Of a stretch of DNA of 64,000 nucleotides, positions 38,531 through 47,809 are shown one piece after another. The position numbers and the translations under genes were made by a program. Numbering within the stretch: position 1 is the stretch's first letter; each line of letters starts with the position of its first letter. The DNA comes from Thermoprotei archaeon (GTDB lineage Archaea > Thermoproteota > Thermoprotei > Gearchaeales > WAQG01). The stretch covers positions 5,115 to 69,114 of the forward strand of contig JBMFIF010000002.1 in assembly GCA_049976445.1 (NCBI GenBank), written 5' to 3'. The notes under the pieces were generated by a model, which worked only from the letters and a program-made list of their open reading frames with translations, had not been told where the DNA came from and ran no database searches.

Positions 38531-39120
38531 TCTCAGAATTTAGAAATCAATTTAAATTGTTTAGTGAAAAACTATTATTCATCAAAGATACTACTATGAG
38601 ATTTCTTATGTTATTGGCATTCATTAATACTTTTTTAGAAAAACATGCCTTAGGCAAAATAATAATCTCTAGAGGTTTTGCTGCTGAATTTTATAGCGGG
38701 GGTGGGTACAAAACTTTAGATGTTGATGTGATAGTTGAAGGAAAAACTGAAACCGTAAACCTGTTAAAAGAACTTTTAAAATCAATTGGCTATATTGAAT
38801 CTGGCAGATTTTATGTAGCAACACTATCAAGTTTAGTTGATAAAGCGCTCGACATAGTCGGAGTAGTTTATGACAAACCTAAACCACCCATAAAAATAAA
38901 AACAAACGAATACCATGTTTACATGATACCACCTGAAGAAGCAATAATTTATGCTTTAGCAGCAGCTAAATACTGGCTCTCAGTTTCAGATTTTGAAAGA
39001 GCTGTCTTAGTTTATGTAGTACAAAAAGAAAACCTTGATATCGAATACCTTAAAAAACGAGCTAGAGAAGAAAATGTTACAGAGTATCTAACCAAAATTA
39101 TAGAAATCGCAGAAAAATAA
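38527..39120 (+). CDS. nucleotidyltransferase-fold-like protein (possible AbiEii/DUF6036-type toxin)
   Basis: ISRGFAAEFYSGGGYKTLDVDVIVEG fits a hG-x(n)-DxD polymerase-beta-type NTase pattern. The two-gene overlapping module sits in an accessory islet. Confidence 0.4.
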   Translation: MISEFRNQFKLFSEKLLFIKDTTMRFLMLLAFINTFLEKHALGKIIISRGFAAEFYSGGGYKTLDVDVIVEGKTETVNLLKELLKSIGYIESGRFYVATLSSLVDKALDIVGVVYDKPKPPIKIKTNEYHVYMIPPEEAIIYALAAAKYWLSVSDFERAVLVYVVQKENLDIEYLKKRAREENVTEYLTKIIEIAEK

Positions 39121-39206
39121 TCCTATCTATATCACCTGTGGGTCTTATAATTGTGTAATTTCTTATAAAAATTAACAAAAAAGAGAAGATCGAAAAACTA
39201 TGAAAA

Positions 39207-39390
39207 GTGAAGAATAAAGAATATAATGACCTATCTCCTAAAGATCGGAATATAGCTATGGTTTTTCAAAATTATGCTCTCTATCCTCATATGAGTGTTT
39301 ATGATAATATTGCATTTCCTTTAAAAATGAAAAATTTTCTAAACTTGAAATTGATAAGAAGGTTAAGTATGTTGCTGAACTATTCAGGGC
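39207..39390 (+). pseudogene. fragment of a MalK/UgpC-type sugar ABC transporter ATPase
   Basis: [35 protein letters not shown] is the Q-loop region only. Walker A is missing upstream. A frameshift at the aaaaatttt run is needed to read [16 protein letters not shown]. Homology ends at an IS right-end-like relic. Confidence 0.7.
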
Positions 39391-39442
39391 GGAGAGCTCT
39401 CCGACGAGTTTCGTGCTCATGGAGGTCAACGGCCTACACCCC

Positions 39443-39470
39443 AGTCAGTTCTGTAAACACAGAACTGACT
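39443..39470. repeat. perfect 12-bp stem-loop at the end of an IS right-end-like relic
   Basis: agtcagttctgt-aaac-acagaactgact. It is preceded by ttcagggcggagagc and ccgacgagtttcgtgctcatggaggtcaacgg (tnpB-tail pattern). Confidence 0.55.
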
Positions 39471-39559
39471 AATATGTTATATAAGGAGGTCAGAATTCAT
39501 TATTACCAGCTATTTTATTTTTTATAGAAAAAAGCAAGGAATGTTTATTCTTAATGAGA

Positions 39560-40354
39560 TTATTTCCTAGTTACATAGAAGCTGGTTCCATCTGTAGTTA
39601 ATGGTGATGGTTGGGCTAACACTTTTCCATTGTTACTTACCATTATTACATATTCGTGTGGTAGGTCTCCTATTCGAGCAGTTATGCCACCGATGGTAGC
39701 ATAGTTTGTGTTCTGAATGTTTGTATAATCATAACCGTAATATGCTGTTCCAAAATTAGCGAGTATAGTTAAGCTTCCAGCTATTGCTGGCCTTTCTTCT
39801 ATCCATTCTGCAGATAGCATGGATGAAGTGTAGTTAACAAGTATTGAAAAGTGTTCGTTTTGTGTTAAATCATTTAGTGTTATGTTCCATTCTTGTGTTG
39901 TAGTATTTATTATTCTTACCATGAATATCATGGCAAACATATAGTCTCCTGGTTTCACAACATAACCTGATATTCTGGTTTCCGAAGCTGGCAGTAATTC
40001 ATACCATGCATAATAGAAAGTTTGGCTTTGCCATGAATCGGATTCGGTACCTGTTTGGATTAAAGAATTATCTCCTGAAAAGAAACCACCTATACCAATC
40101 CACTGAGATGAGTAAACAGGCTTTTTGCTTGGTTGGACTGTTTGAACTATCCATGAACCATTAACTGCAGTAACGGAGGGTGTGGGATTAGTAAAGCTTG
40201 ATGCTACAACATATCCTGCCCAATTTAAAGAATATACTTGATTTTTCGGAACATTATGCGATGCTGTTACATCTGTAGTTGGTGAGAAGCTCGGTATTAA
40301 AAGTAGTAATATTACTATGCTTATTATGTTCACGTAACGATTTTTATAGCTCAT
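39560..40354 (-). CDS. secreted G1-family (eqolisin/scytalidoglutamic) glutamic peptidase
   Basis: Signal/TM N-terminus, then NWAGYV, QWIGIGG, LIQTGTE (catalytic Gln context), YAWYELLP and AEWIEE (catalytic Glu context). Confidence 0.7.
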   Translation of the reverse strand: MSYKNRYVNIISIVILLLLIPSFSPTTDVTASHNVPKNQVYSLNWAGYVVASSFTNPTPSVTAVNGSWIVQTVQPSKKPVYSSQWIGIGGFFSGDNSLIQTGTESDSWQSQTFYYAWYELLPASETRISGYVVKPGDYMFAMIFMVRIINTTTQEWNITLNDLTQNEHFSILVNYTSSMLSAEWIEERPAIAGSLTILANFGTAYYGYDYTNIQNTNYATIGGITARIGDLPHEYVIMVSNNGKVLAQPSPLTTDGTSFYVTRK

Positions 40355-40487
40355 GATTTATTTTAGTTTTACAAGTTAATAAGCTTACTTGTTAATTGGT
40401 TAATAGTGAAGTTACAAAAGAATGAAGTCCTAAGCTTTAAAGGGCGAGAAGATCATATATTAAACTCTGGAAATTTGTAATTTGATA

Positions 40488-40590
40488 TTATACTCAGGAA
40501 GATATTAATAAAATTAAAGATAACTCACTATCAAAAATTGGTATGATAGTTAATGAGCTGGCGAATAGTTCGATGATACTTAAAACAATA
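40488..40590 (+). repeat. direct repeat DR-A, copy 2 (about 103 nt), forming the 5' end of the permease ORF
   Basis: See 37803-37902. An IS right-end-like relic (gaagtcctaagctttaaagggcgagaagatcat, about 40425-40457) lies just upstream. Confidence 0.6.
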
Positions 40591-41436
40591 GAGGAGAATT
40601 ATGATAGTTTCATAGAAACTGTTCTGAGCGATGTGAGCAGTGAGATTAGTAGGTTGTCTATTCATTTCGTTGGATTACAAAATTTTGCAACACTCTTTAC
40701 TGATTCTAGATTTCCATATTCAATTTTTAAAACAATTCTCTTCGTGTTAACCAGCGTACCTTTAAAGGTTATTTTTGGAATTATAATAGCATTTCTTTTT
40801 TCAAGTCCACTAATTTACGGTAGAAAAATTATGCGAGCAATGTTATTAATTCCATGGGCTCTACCAGTACTCCTCTCAGTAACAACATGGAGAATGCTAT
40901 TTGCCCCCGATGGCCCATTAGCCTTGATTCTCAGTCAGATGTTAAATTATAAATTCAGCATCTATACTCATGAATGGGATGCATTTTTTGTGTATAATAT
41001 TGTAGAGATGTGGTTAGCATACCCATTCATAATGACTATAACAATGGGTGCAATAGCAAGTGTACCTAAAGAATTTATAGAGGCATCATATATGGATGGG
41101 ATAAGCGTTTTCTCTCGGTTTAGAAAAATCATGTTACCTTTAACAATTAAACCTATACTCTTTGCAACAATACTTACTAGTGGCGCATCGTTACAGGCGT
41201 TTATGGTACCGTTACTTATAAACGATGGTGGACCAACAACTATGATAAAGTTACCAGGATTTACTTCAACCCTTGGAAATGCAAACGAATTAATGATCCT
41301 TTATGGATACAATAGAGCCTGGCTAGATCAACAATATGGTCTTTCGACAGCTACATTTCTCGTAGTCGTCGCTATTCTATTCATATATGCATTAATATGG
41401 TTTTACTTCATCTATAGAAGAGGTACCACAAAATGA
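40543..41436 (+). CDS. sugar ABC transporter permease (MalF/UgpA type), apparently 5'-truncated with a chimeric N-terminus
   Basis: FVGLQNFATLFTD and the EAA loop EASYMDGISVFSRFRKIMLP are present. The usual first TM segment before FVGL.NF is replaced by a 40-aa hydrophilic sequence encoded by repeat DR-A. Confidence 0.7.
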   Translation: MIVNELANSSMILKTIEENYDSFIETVLSDVSSEISRLSIHFVGLQNFATLFTDSRFPYSIFKTILFVLTSVPLKVIFGIIIAFLFSSPLIYGRKIMRAMLLIPWALPVLLSVTTWRMLFAPDGPLALILSQMLNYKFSIYTHEWDAFFVYNIVEMWLAYPFIMTITMGAIASVPKEFIEASYMDGISVFSRFRKIMLPLTIKPILFATILTSGASLQAFMVPLLINDGGPTTMIKLPGFTSTLGNANELMILYGYNRAWLDQQYGLSTATFLVVVAILFIYALIWFYFIYRRGTTK

Positions 41437-42287
41437 AAGTATTCAAATTTAGGTATTATATTATCAAACTGACATTAACATTAGTTGCAATACTAATAGT
41501 CTTTATGATTCTTTATCCATTGATGTATGATATCATGACTTCAATAGTAAGTGGACAAACATTAGTGACAAGCATTAATGATATGACAAAACGTGGTCTA
41601 TCAGTATCGCATTATTTATCAGCCATAACTGATCCACATTTCATTAACGCAACAATAATAAGTATTATGGTAGCATTAGTGAATATCATATTATCACTAC
41701 TAATAATAACACCAGCAGCCTATGCATTTTCAAGGTTTGAGTTTTTCGGAAAGAACACATTACTAATACTTTATCTAATACTTAGTCAAATAGGTGGAGG
41801 GTTTGGAATTGCAAGCGTAATAGCATTGTACGTATTTTTATTAAAACTTAATGCATTAGGGTTACCTGTAATAGGTAATCCATTAGTCTTACCAATCATA
41901 TACACATCCACAGCAGTGCCATTCCAGACGTGGTTAATCAAAAACTATTTTGACTCATTACCTAAAAGTTTAGATGAAGCTGCATTTATAGATGGTGTTA
42001 GATGGAATGATATAATATTCAGAGTGATCTTGCCAGCATCAAAACCAGCTATTATAATCATAGCATTATTTGCATTCATGGGGGCATGGGGAGAATTCAT
42101 AATAGCCAATTTTCTAAGAATTGAGACATTAGCGGCATACATTTATGAAACAGCCACAGGACAAACAATATATTGGAGTGACTTCGCTGCAAGAACACTA
42201 CTTTTCGCAATACCAATAATCATAATGTACGTGTTGACACAAAAATACATAGGAGAAGCAATGAAGTACGGAGCTGGAAAACTCTAA
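41433..42287 (+). CDS. sugar ABC transporter permease (MalG/UgpE type)
   Basis: Six TM segments and the EAA loop EAAFIDGVRWNDIIFRVILPASKP. 4-nt overlap with the preceding permease. Confidence 0.8.
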   Translation: MKVFKFRYYIIKLTLTLVAILIVFMILYPLMYDIMTSIVSGQTLVTSINDMTKRGLSVSHYLSAITDPHFINATIISIMVALVNIILSLLIITPAAYAFSRFEFFGKNTLLILYLILSQIGGGFGIASVIALYVFLLKLNALGLPVIGNPLVLPIIYTSTAVPFQTWLIKNYFDSLPKSLDEAAFIDGVRWNDIIFRVILPASKPAIIIIALFAFMGAWGEFIIANFLRIETLAAYIYETATGQTIYWSDFAARTLLFAIPIIIMYVLTQKYIGEAMKYGAGKL

Positions 42288-42389
42288 ATACTTATAACTA
42301 AAATTAAAATCTTATTCTTTATACTAAGTAAGAGTTACCTGTGTTTATGTTTATATTTATTTGTGTTTTTGTGTTATGTGGTGCTAGAA

Positions 42390-43319
42390 ATGGTTAGAAT
42401 TTTGGTTACTGATCAAGTTCATGAAAGTGGTTTAAAATTGCTCAAAGAAAATAATTTTGATGTCGATGTTTTACTGGGAATTGATGAGGGTAATCTTGCG
42501 AGAATTGTTGGTAATTATGATGGATTGATCGTAAGAGGGAGGACTAAAGTTACTGAAAGAGTTTTAGAAAATTCTGGTAAACTTAAAATCATAGTACGAG
42601 CAGGTGTAGGACTTGATAATATAGATTTAAATGTTGCAAAGAAAAAGGGTATTTTTGTATATAATACACCTGGTGCGCCTTCTGTCGCTGTCGCGGAATT
42701 AACTGTTGGTTTAATTGTATGTGTTTTGAGAGGTATTGGTAAGGGTTATTATGATCTCAGGCATGGTAAATGGAGTAAAAATGAACTCATGGGTCGTGAG
42801 ATTCGTGGTAAGGTTGTGAGTATTATAGGGTTTGGGAGGATCGGTTATGAAGTTGCTAAACGTCTTAAAGCGTTTGATGCAAAAATTGTAGTCTATGATG
42901 TAGATAGGAATAGAGAAATTCTTGCAAGAAGTCTTGGTGTTGATTTTGCTAATAGTTTAGAAGAAGCTCTTTCAGTTGGTGATATAGTTACACTTCATGT
43001 GCCTTTATTGCCTGAGACTAGACATTTAATTAATGCTGAGAAAATAAAAATTATGAAACGCGGGGCTTATTTAATCAACGTAGCACGTGGTGAAGTTATT
43101 GATGAAAAAGCTCTACTTGATGCACTAAAGAACGGTCAGTTATCTGGCGTAGCATTGGATGTTTTTTCAGTTGAGCCTCCTAAAGAACCTTGGGAGCTTG
43201 AATTACTTTCTCTTCCAAACGTGATCGCAACGCCACACATAGGAGCTCAAACAATTGAAACTCAAGAGGCTGAATCATTAGAAGCTGCAAAAATCATTAT
43301 AGATTTCTTTAAAAAATAA
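42390..43319 (+). CDS. D-isomer-specific 2-hydroxyacid dehydrogenase (short D-3-phosphoglycerate dehydrogenase / glyoxylate reductase type)
   Basis: MVRILVTDQ start (ATG at 42390 inside the longer ORF). NAD-binding GFGRIGYEVA. Catalytic-region blocks NVARGEVID and ATPHIGAQT. Confidence 0.8.
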   Translation: MVRILVTDQVHESGLKLLKENNFDVDVLLGIDEGNLARIVGNYDGLIVRGRTKVTERVLENSGKLKIIVRAGVGLDNIDLNVAKKKGIFVYNTPGAPSVAVAELTVGLIVCVLRGIGKGYYDLRHGKWSKNELMGREIRGKVVSIIGFGRIGYEVAKRLKAFDAKIVVYDVDRNREILARSLGVDFANSLEEALSVGDIVTLHVPLLPETRHLINAEKIKIMKRGAYLINVARGEVIDEKALLDALKNGQLSGVALDVFSVEPPKEPWELELLSLPNVIATPHIGAQTIETQEAESLEAAKIIIDFFKK

Positions 43320-43432
43320 TTTTTTATTAAATTTTGCAAAATTAAAGTGGTTATTGGTTTGCATATACATGATTGTTATTTTATCGTTTGTAAAAATATA
43401 TTAATCAATTAATTTATTTTCAGTATGCTGAA

Positions 43433-44152
43433 ATGAGTGTTGTAGAGCTAAAGAATGTGACAAAGGTTTATAGGTTGCCTGGCGCACCAGAGGTTTGGGC
43501 ATTAAGGAATATAAACTTGAAAGTAAGGAGAGGGGAATTTCTATCTATAATGGGACCTTCAGGTCATGGGAAAACTACATTGCTTCAGATTATAGGTCTG
43601 CTTGATAAACCAACATCTGGAACTGTTATTATAAATGGTGTTGAAGTTAATGGTCTTAGTGATAATGAGCTTGCAAGGTTTAGAAATAAAGTATTAGGAT
43701 TTGTTTTTCAACAGTATAATTTGATTAATAGAATGAGTGTCCTAGAAAATATAGAGATACCATTAATAATAAGAGGGATTCCTAGGAGTAAAAGAATTGA
43801 GATTGTGAAAGAAGCATTAATGATGGTTGGCGGGGATCTTACATGGCTTACTAAAAAGCCTTCTCAATTATCAGGTGGTCAACAACAGAGAGTAGCAATA
43901 GCAAGAGCTATCGTGGGTAATCCAGAAATAATATTAGCGGATGAACCGACTGGTAATCTCGATTCAGAATCTTCTAAGATAATAATGGAAACATTTGTGA
44001 AACTTAATAAAACTGGTAAAACAATAATCATGGTCACGCATAATCCTGAAATTGCCATGTGTAGCGAAAGGATAGTATTAATTAGAGATGGTATCATAGT
44101 TGGTGAAGAAAGATCAGACCCTAGTAAAAGCATTCTTTATGTTAAACGTTAA
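43433..44152 (+). CDS. ABC ATPase, MacB/LolD/FtsE-like
   Basis: Walker A GPSGHGKTT, signature LSGGQQQRVAIARA, Walker B IILADEPTGNLD. Confidence 0.85.
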   Translation: MSVVELKNVTKVYRLPGAPEVWALRNINLKVRRGEFLSIMGPSGHGKTTLLQIIGLLDKPTSGTVIINGVEVNGLSDNELARFRNKVLGFVFQQYNLINRMSVLENIEIPLIIRGIPRSKRIEIVKEALMMVGGDLTWLTKKPSQLSGGQQQRVAIARAIVGNPEIILADEPTGNLDSESSKIIMETFVKLNKTGKTIIMVTHNPEIAMCSERIVLIRDGIIVGEERSDPSKSILYVKR

Positions 44153-44220
44153 CCTCCTATATTTTGTGAAGATAAACTAAAAACTTAAATTTATCTGAGA
44201 ATTATTAATTTGAGTAAAAA

Positions 44221-47200
44221 ATGAAAAATCGATTTATTGCTGCATTTTTGATGATTTTTATTTTATTGGAGATTCCGCTGTATCTTCAATCTGTGTTTGC
44301 TTCAGGTAATTTTACGTTAGTATCTACATTATGGGGTTCTCAATCTAACCCTCAAAAGGTTTATCCTGGAAGTAGTAATGTAAGATTTATTGTTCTAATT
44401 AGGAATGATTATTCAAATTTAGTCAGTGTTGTTGGGTATCTCAGCTTACCTTATGGATTTTCTGGTACGAATGGTGGAAATGTTTTAAGTGCTGTCGGTT
44501 ACATATCAACAAATAACACTATAAGATATAATATAAATAAGGGGGAAATCTTTGAACTTGATTATTTCTTAAATATAGCTGGCTTTTTAGCTCCGGGCAC
44601 TTATTACGGTAATTTGACCTTGAATTTTACTAACTCTACATTTTCAAACGGTAATTTTACTATGAATGTGCCAATGACAGTTAGTAGTTTTCCAACATTT
44701 AATTTTCAAATTATTAGTGTATACTGGTCAACAACTGGAGGTACTATAGTTAACGCTGTACCTGGCACAAGAAACGTTGAACTTAACGTTATTCTTAAAA
44801 ATATTGGCACTGACAATATCAATAGTATATCGGCTCAACTAATTCTAAACAAGCCATTTAATCCTAATAAAGTTATGAGTAGTGCACAGCAAGTAAATAA
44901 AGGCAGCACGTTTACGCTAACGTTTACAGGTATTTCAATTGATTTTGCCAGCGCACCTGGTAACTATATGGAACAGTTAATGATTAACTCTACTTTTATT
45001 GGATACGGAGGAGCTACTAGCACATACACAAATATGATTAATTTATCATTAGTAATAGGGAACTATTCAAATGCAGGAATACAAATTGTTAGTGTTCAGT
45101 GGAATGGTGGTGAAAAGGTTTATTCCGGATCTAGGAAAGTTTCATTAGATGTAGTAATACAAAACATGGGAAGCTACACAATAAGTAATATGTTATCACG
45201 TATAATTCTTCCTAGTGGTTTCACCAATGCATATGGTTCAAACATAATTAATACAACATCTACTGCTGTCCTAAATTACGGAAATAGTATTACATTAAAC
45301 TTTAGTCCAATATACATAGGTGACTCTACAAAACCTGGTATTTATTATGTTAGACTTGTTATTATGTCAGTTGTTTCAATAGATAACACAAATCTGATAG
45401 CAAAGGATAATTTTACCATACCGATTTATGTTAATGATTTAATAACACCAATTGATCTGGTAAGTGTAGATTGGTCTTATAATGGAAATCCAGCACCTGC
45501 TTTACCAGGATCGCAATATGTAATACTGTCAATCACTTTTGTAAATAGAGGAGAAGATACATATTCAGGTTTTCAACCGAGGTTAATACTACCCCGAGGT
45601 TTTACGGTCTTTGGAACTAGTGCAGATCCTGGTCCTATTACGCCAGGTTCAATATTTACGGTTAGATCTTATGTGAATGTTAGTGATACCGTATTACCAG
45701 GGAATTATATTGCGAATTTAACTTTAAGGTTTAGTGTAAATCCATCAGGTATAAATACTGTTGGATCGATGAACTTCTCAATACCACTTTACATAATGGA
45801 TCCTAAAGGTTTTGATACCAAAATATCCATAGTAAATGCTTATTGGGGCACTGGTACCCCTAATCCAGTTTATCCAGGATCTAAAAATGTACCTTTAACT
45901 GTTGAGATTGTTAATGTTGGACTTTATACAGCACAAGCTGTTCAAATAGGTATTTCTGCTCCTGAAACTTTCACACCAATAATTAATTCAACTAGCGTCA
46001 CATCTACATTACCTTCAGGTTCCTTTGCCTCTGCTGTCTTGTATTTTGATATATCACCACATACTACTCCAGGATCTTATGTGTTCTTAGTGAACGTGAA
46101 ATATTTTATAAGTGTTTATGGTGCAACAATATATAGATATGTTAAATTTGTTTTTGTATTGTATGTATCTCAACCAACTTCAGGGCCTCCATATATTAAT
46201 GTAGTTAATTCGGGTTGGCTTAATAATTATCCTGTATATCCTGGGACTCAGAATGCTACATTCAGTTTAACTATAAACAATGAGGCGCCATTTCCGATTG
46301 CTGGGATTCATTTAAAACTTGTTTTACCTAGAGGATTTACACCTGGAGTCAATGGAGTAGAATCATACATAGGAGGCCCAATACAGCAATGGCAAACAGC
46401 GTCTGCAAGTTTTAGTATAAATGTTAATGCGAGCACATTACCTGGATTATATACTGCATCCTTAAAAATTGATTATATTTTATTGAGTGGAGGAAATAAC
46501 TTAAAGAATAGCGAAGAGAAAGAGATAGTACTACGTGTAAACTCGTTAAAAGGTTTTGAATATATTACATATAATTGGGTCGGATATGCTCCGAACCCGG
46601 GTAATGTAGGAGCTACTTTGATTGTTCTTGTCAGAAATACAGAGGTGCCAACTATGAAGGGAATCGTTGCAGAGATTCAGTTACCAAAAGGTTTTAACTC
46701 TACAATAACTGGGACAAGAGTTTTTAATGTAACACCTTATATATTTACTTCTATAAATCAGGTTCAGAATTTATTACAACGCACACCTGTTTCTAGCTTA
46801 CAATTTATGGTTCCTCAACAAGCAACACAAGCAAATCTCGGAGATTTCCTGGCAATACCTATATCAGTATCTATTAACAAAAATGTAACCCCAGGCTATT
46901 ATCCGATAATAATAAAGCTTAATTTTTTAGATCAATGGAATGTTGTTAGGAACGTTATAGTTAATGGAGACTTCTGGCTACCAGGTTCATCAAACATTAT
47001 TCAAGTTGTAGAAGGAAAATCTAAGTTATTAGTTGGTAATAGGACTGCAGAAATCAATATATATCTTAGGAATAATGGTTCATCGTCAGTTTACAACGTG
47101 TATGTTGCAATAACTAACATGGAAGCACCAATCTCGATATCGTCAACTGTGAAATATATACCTATAATTGGGCCCAATTCTGAAGTGCCCGTATCATGGG

Positions 47201-47799
47201 TTGTATCCGTAAGCCCTTCAATCAGTTATTTGGGGTCAGTACCGATAGTACTTTCAATTACTTTTGTAGATCCTGCAGGCTTCAGGCATAATATTACTCA
47301 GACAGCAATTCTTTTCATAGAAGGTCTTGCTGAAATAAAGTTCGTTGATGTAACCGTGGAGCCAAAACCTATCTATTTAGGTTCCACAATAACAATATCG
47401 GCAACATTAATCAACTTAGGAACTTATAAGGCCGGAAACGTTGAGGCATGGTTAGAGGGTAATGACATAATTACACTTTCTAATTCATATACGTTTGTGG
47501 GTGATATAGATGTTGGTTCGCAAATACCGATAAGTTTATCAGCTAATATAAGCAACAAAGCTGTAAATAAAACAATCGTGTATATAGTAATTAAATTTAA
47601 GAATGTTTTTAATGAAATAACGACTGAACGGTATCCGATAGTTCTGAACATTACATATAAACCTCCACAGACGCAAACACAAGCGCAGAGTCTTATTTTA
47701 CCAAATGTATACGAACTTTTAATAATTGTAGCTACTGTTATATTCCTATCAGTAAGTGGATATATGATCTATCTCTTGTATAAGAAAACAAAGCATTAA
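44221..47799 (+). CDS. 1192-aa secreted, C-terminally membrane-anchored repeat protein (CARDB / COG1361 S-layer-domain-like repeats)
   Basis: Signal peptide. About nine repeats of roughly 120-130 aa share the pattern [IV]xW......P.PG..NV.L.V.+.N.G......+...L.LP.GF. Many N-x-S/T sequons. Terminal TM LLIIVATVIFLSVSGYMIYLLY followed by KKTKH. Confidence 0.7.
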   Translation: MKNRFIAAFLMIFILLEIPLYLQSVFASGNFTLVSTLWGSQSNPQKVYPGSSNVRFIVLIRNDYSNLVSVVGYLSLPYGFSGTNGGNVLSAVGYISTNNTIRYNINKGEIFELDYFLNIAGFLAPGTYYGNLTLNFTNSTFSNGNFTMNVPMTVSSFPTFNFQIISVYWSTTGGTIVNAVPGTRNVELNVILKNIGTDNINSISAQLILNKPFNPNKVMSSAQQVNKGSTFTLTFTGISIDFASAPGNYMEQLMINSTFIGYGGATSTYTNMINLSLVIGNYSNAGIQIVSVQWNGGEKVYSGSRKVSLDVVIQNMGSYTISNMLSRIILPSGFTNAYGSNIINTTSTAVLNYGNSITLNFSPIYIGDSTKPGIYYVRLVIMSVVSIDNTNLIAKDNFTIPIYVNDLITPIDLVSVDWSYNGNPAPALPGSQYVILSITFVNRGEDTYSGFQPRLILPRGFTVFGTSADPGPITPGSIFTVRSYVNVSDTVLPGNYIANLTLRFSVNPSGINTVGSMNFSIPLYIMDPKGFDTKISIVNAYWGTGTPNPVYPGSKNVPLTVEIVNVGLYTAQAVQIGISAPETFTPIINSTSVTSTLPSGSFASAVLYFDISPHTTPGSYVFLVNVKYFISVYGATIYRYVKFVFVLYVSQPTSGPPYINVVNSGWLNNYPVYPGTQNATFSLTINNEAPFPIAGIHLKLVLPRGFTPGVNGVESYIGGPIQQWQTASASFSINVNASTLPGLYTASLKIDYILLSGGNNLKNSEEKEIVLRVNSLKGFEYITYNWVGYAPNPGNVGATLIVLVRNTEVPTMKGIVAEIQLPKGFNSTITGTRVFNVTPYIFTSINQVQNLLQRTPVSSLQFMVPQQATQANLGDFLAIPISVSINKNVTPGYYPIIIKLNFLDQWNVVRNVIVNGDFWLPGSSNIIQVVEGKSKLLVGNRTAEINIYLRNNGSSSVYNVYVAITNMEAPISISSTVKYIPIIGPNSEVPVSWVVSVSPSISYLGSVPIVLSITFVDPAGFRHNITQTAILFIEGLAEIKFVDVTVEPKPIYLGSTITISATLINLGTYKAGNVEAWLEGNDIITLSNSYTFVGDIDVGSQIPISLSANISNKAVNKTIVYIVIKFKNVFNEITTERYPIVLNITYKPPQTQTQAQSLILPNVYELLIIVATVIFLSVSGYMIYLLYKKTKH

Positions 47800-47809
47800 G
47801 TGATTATTT

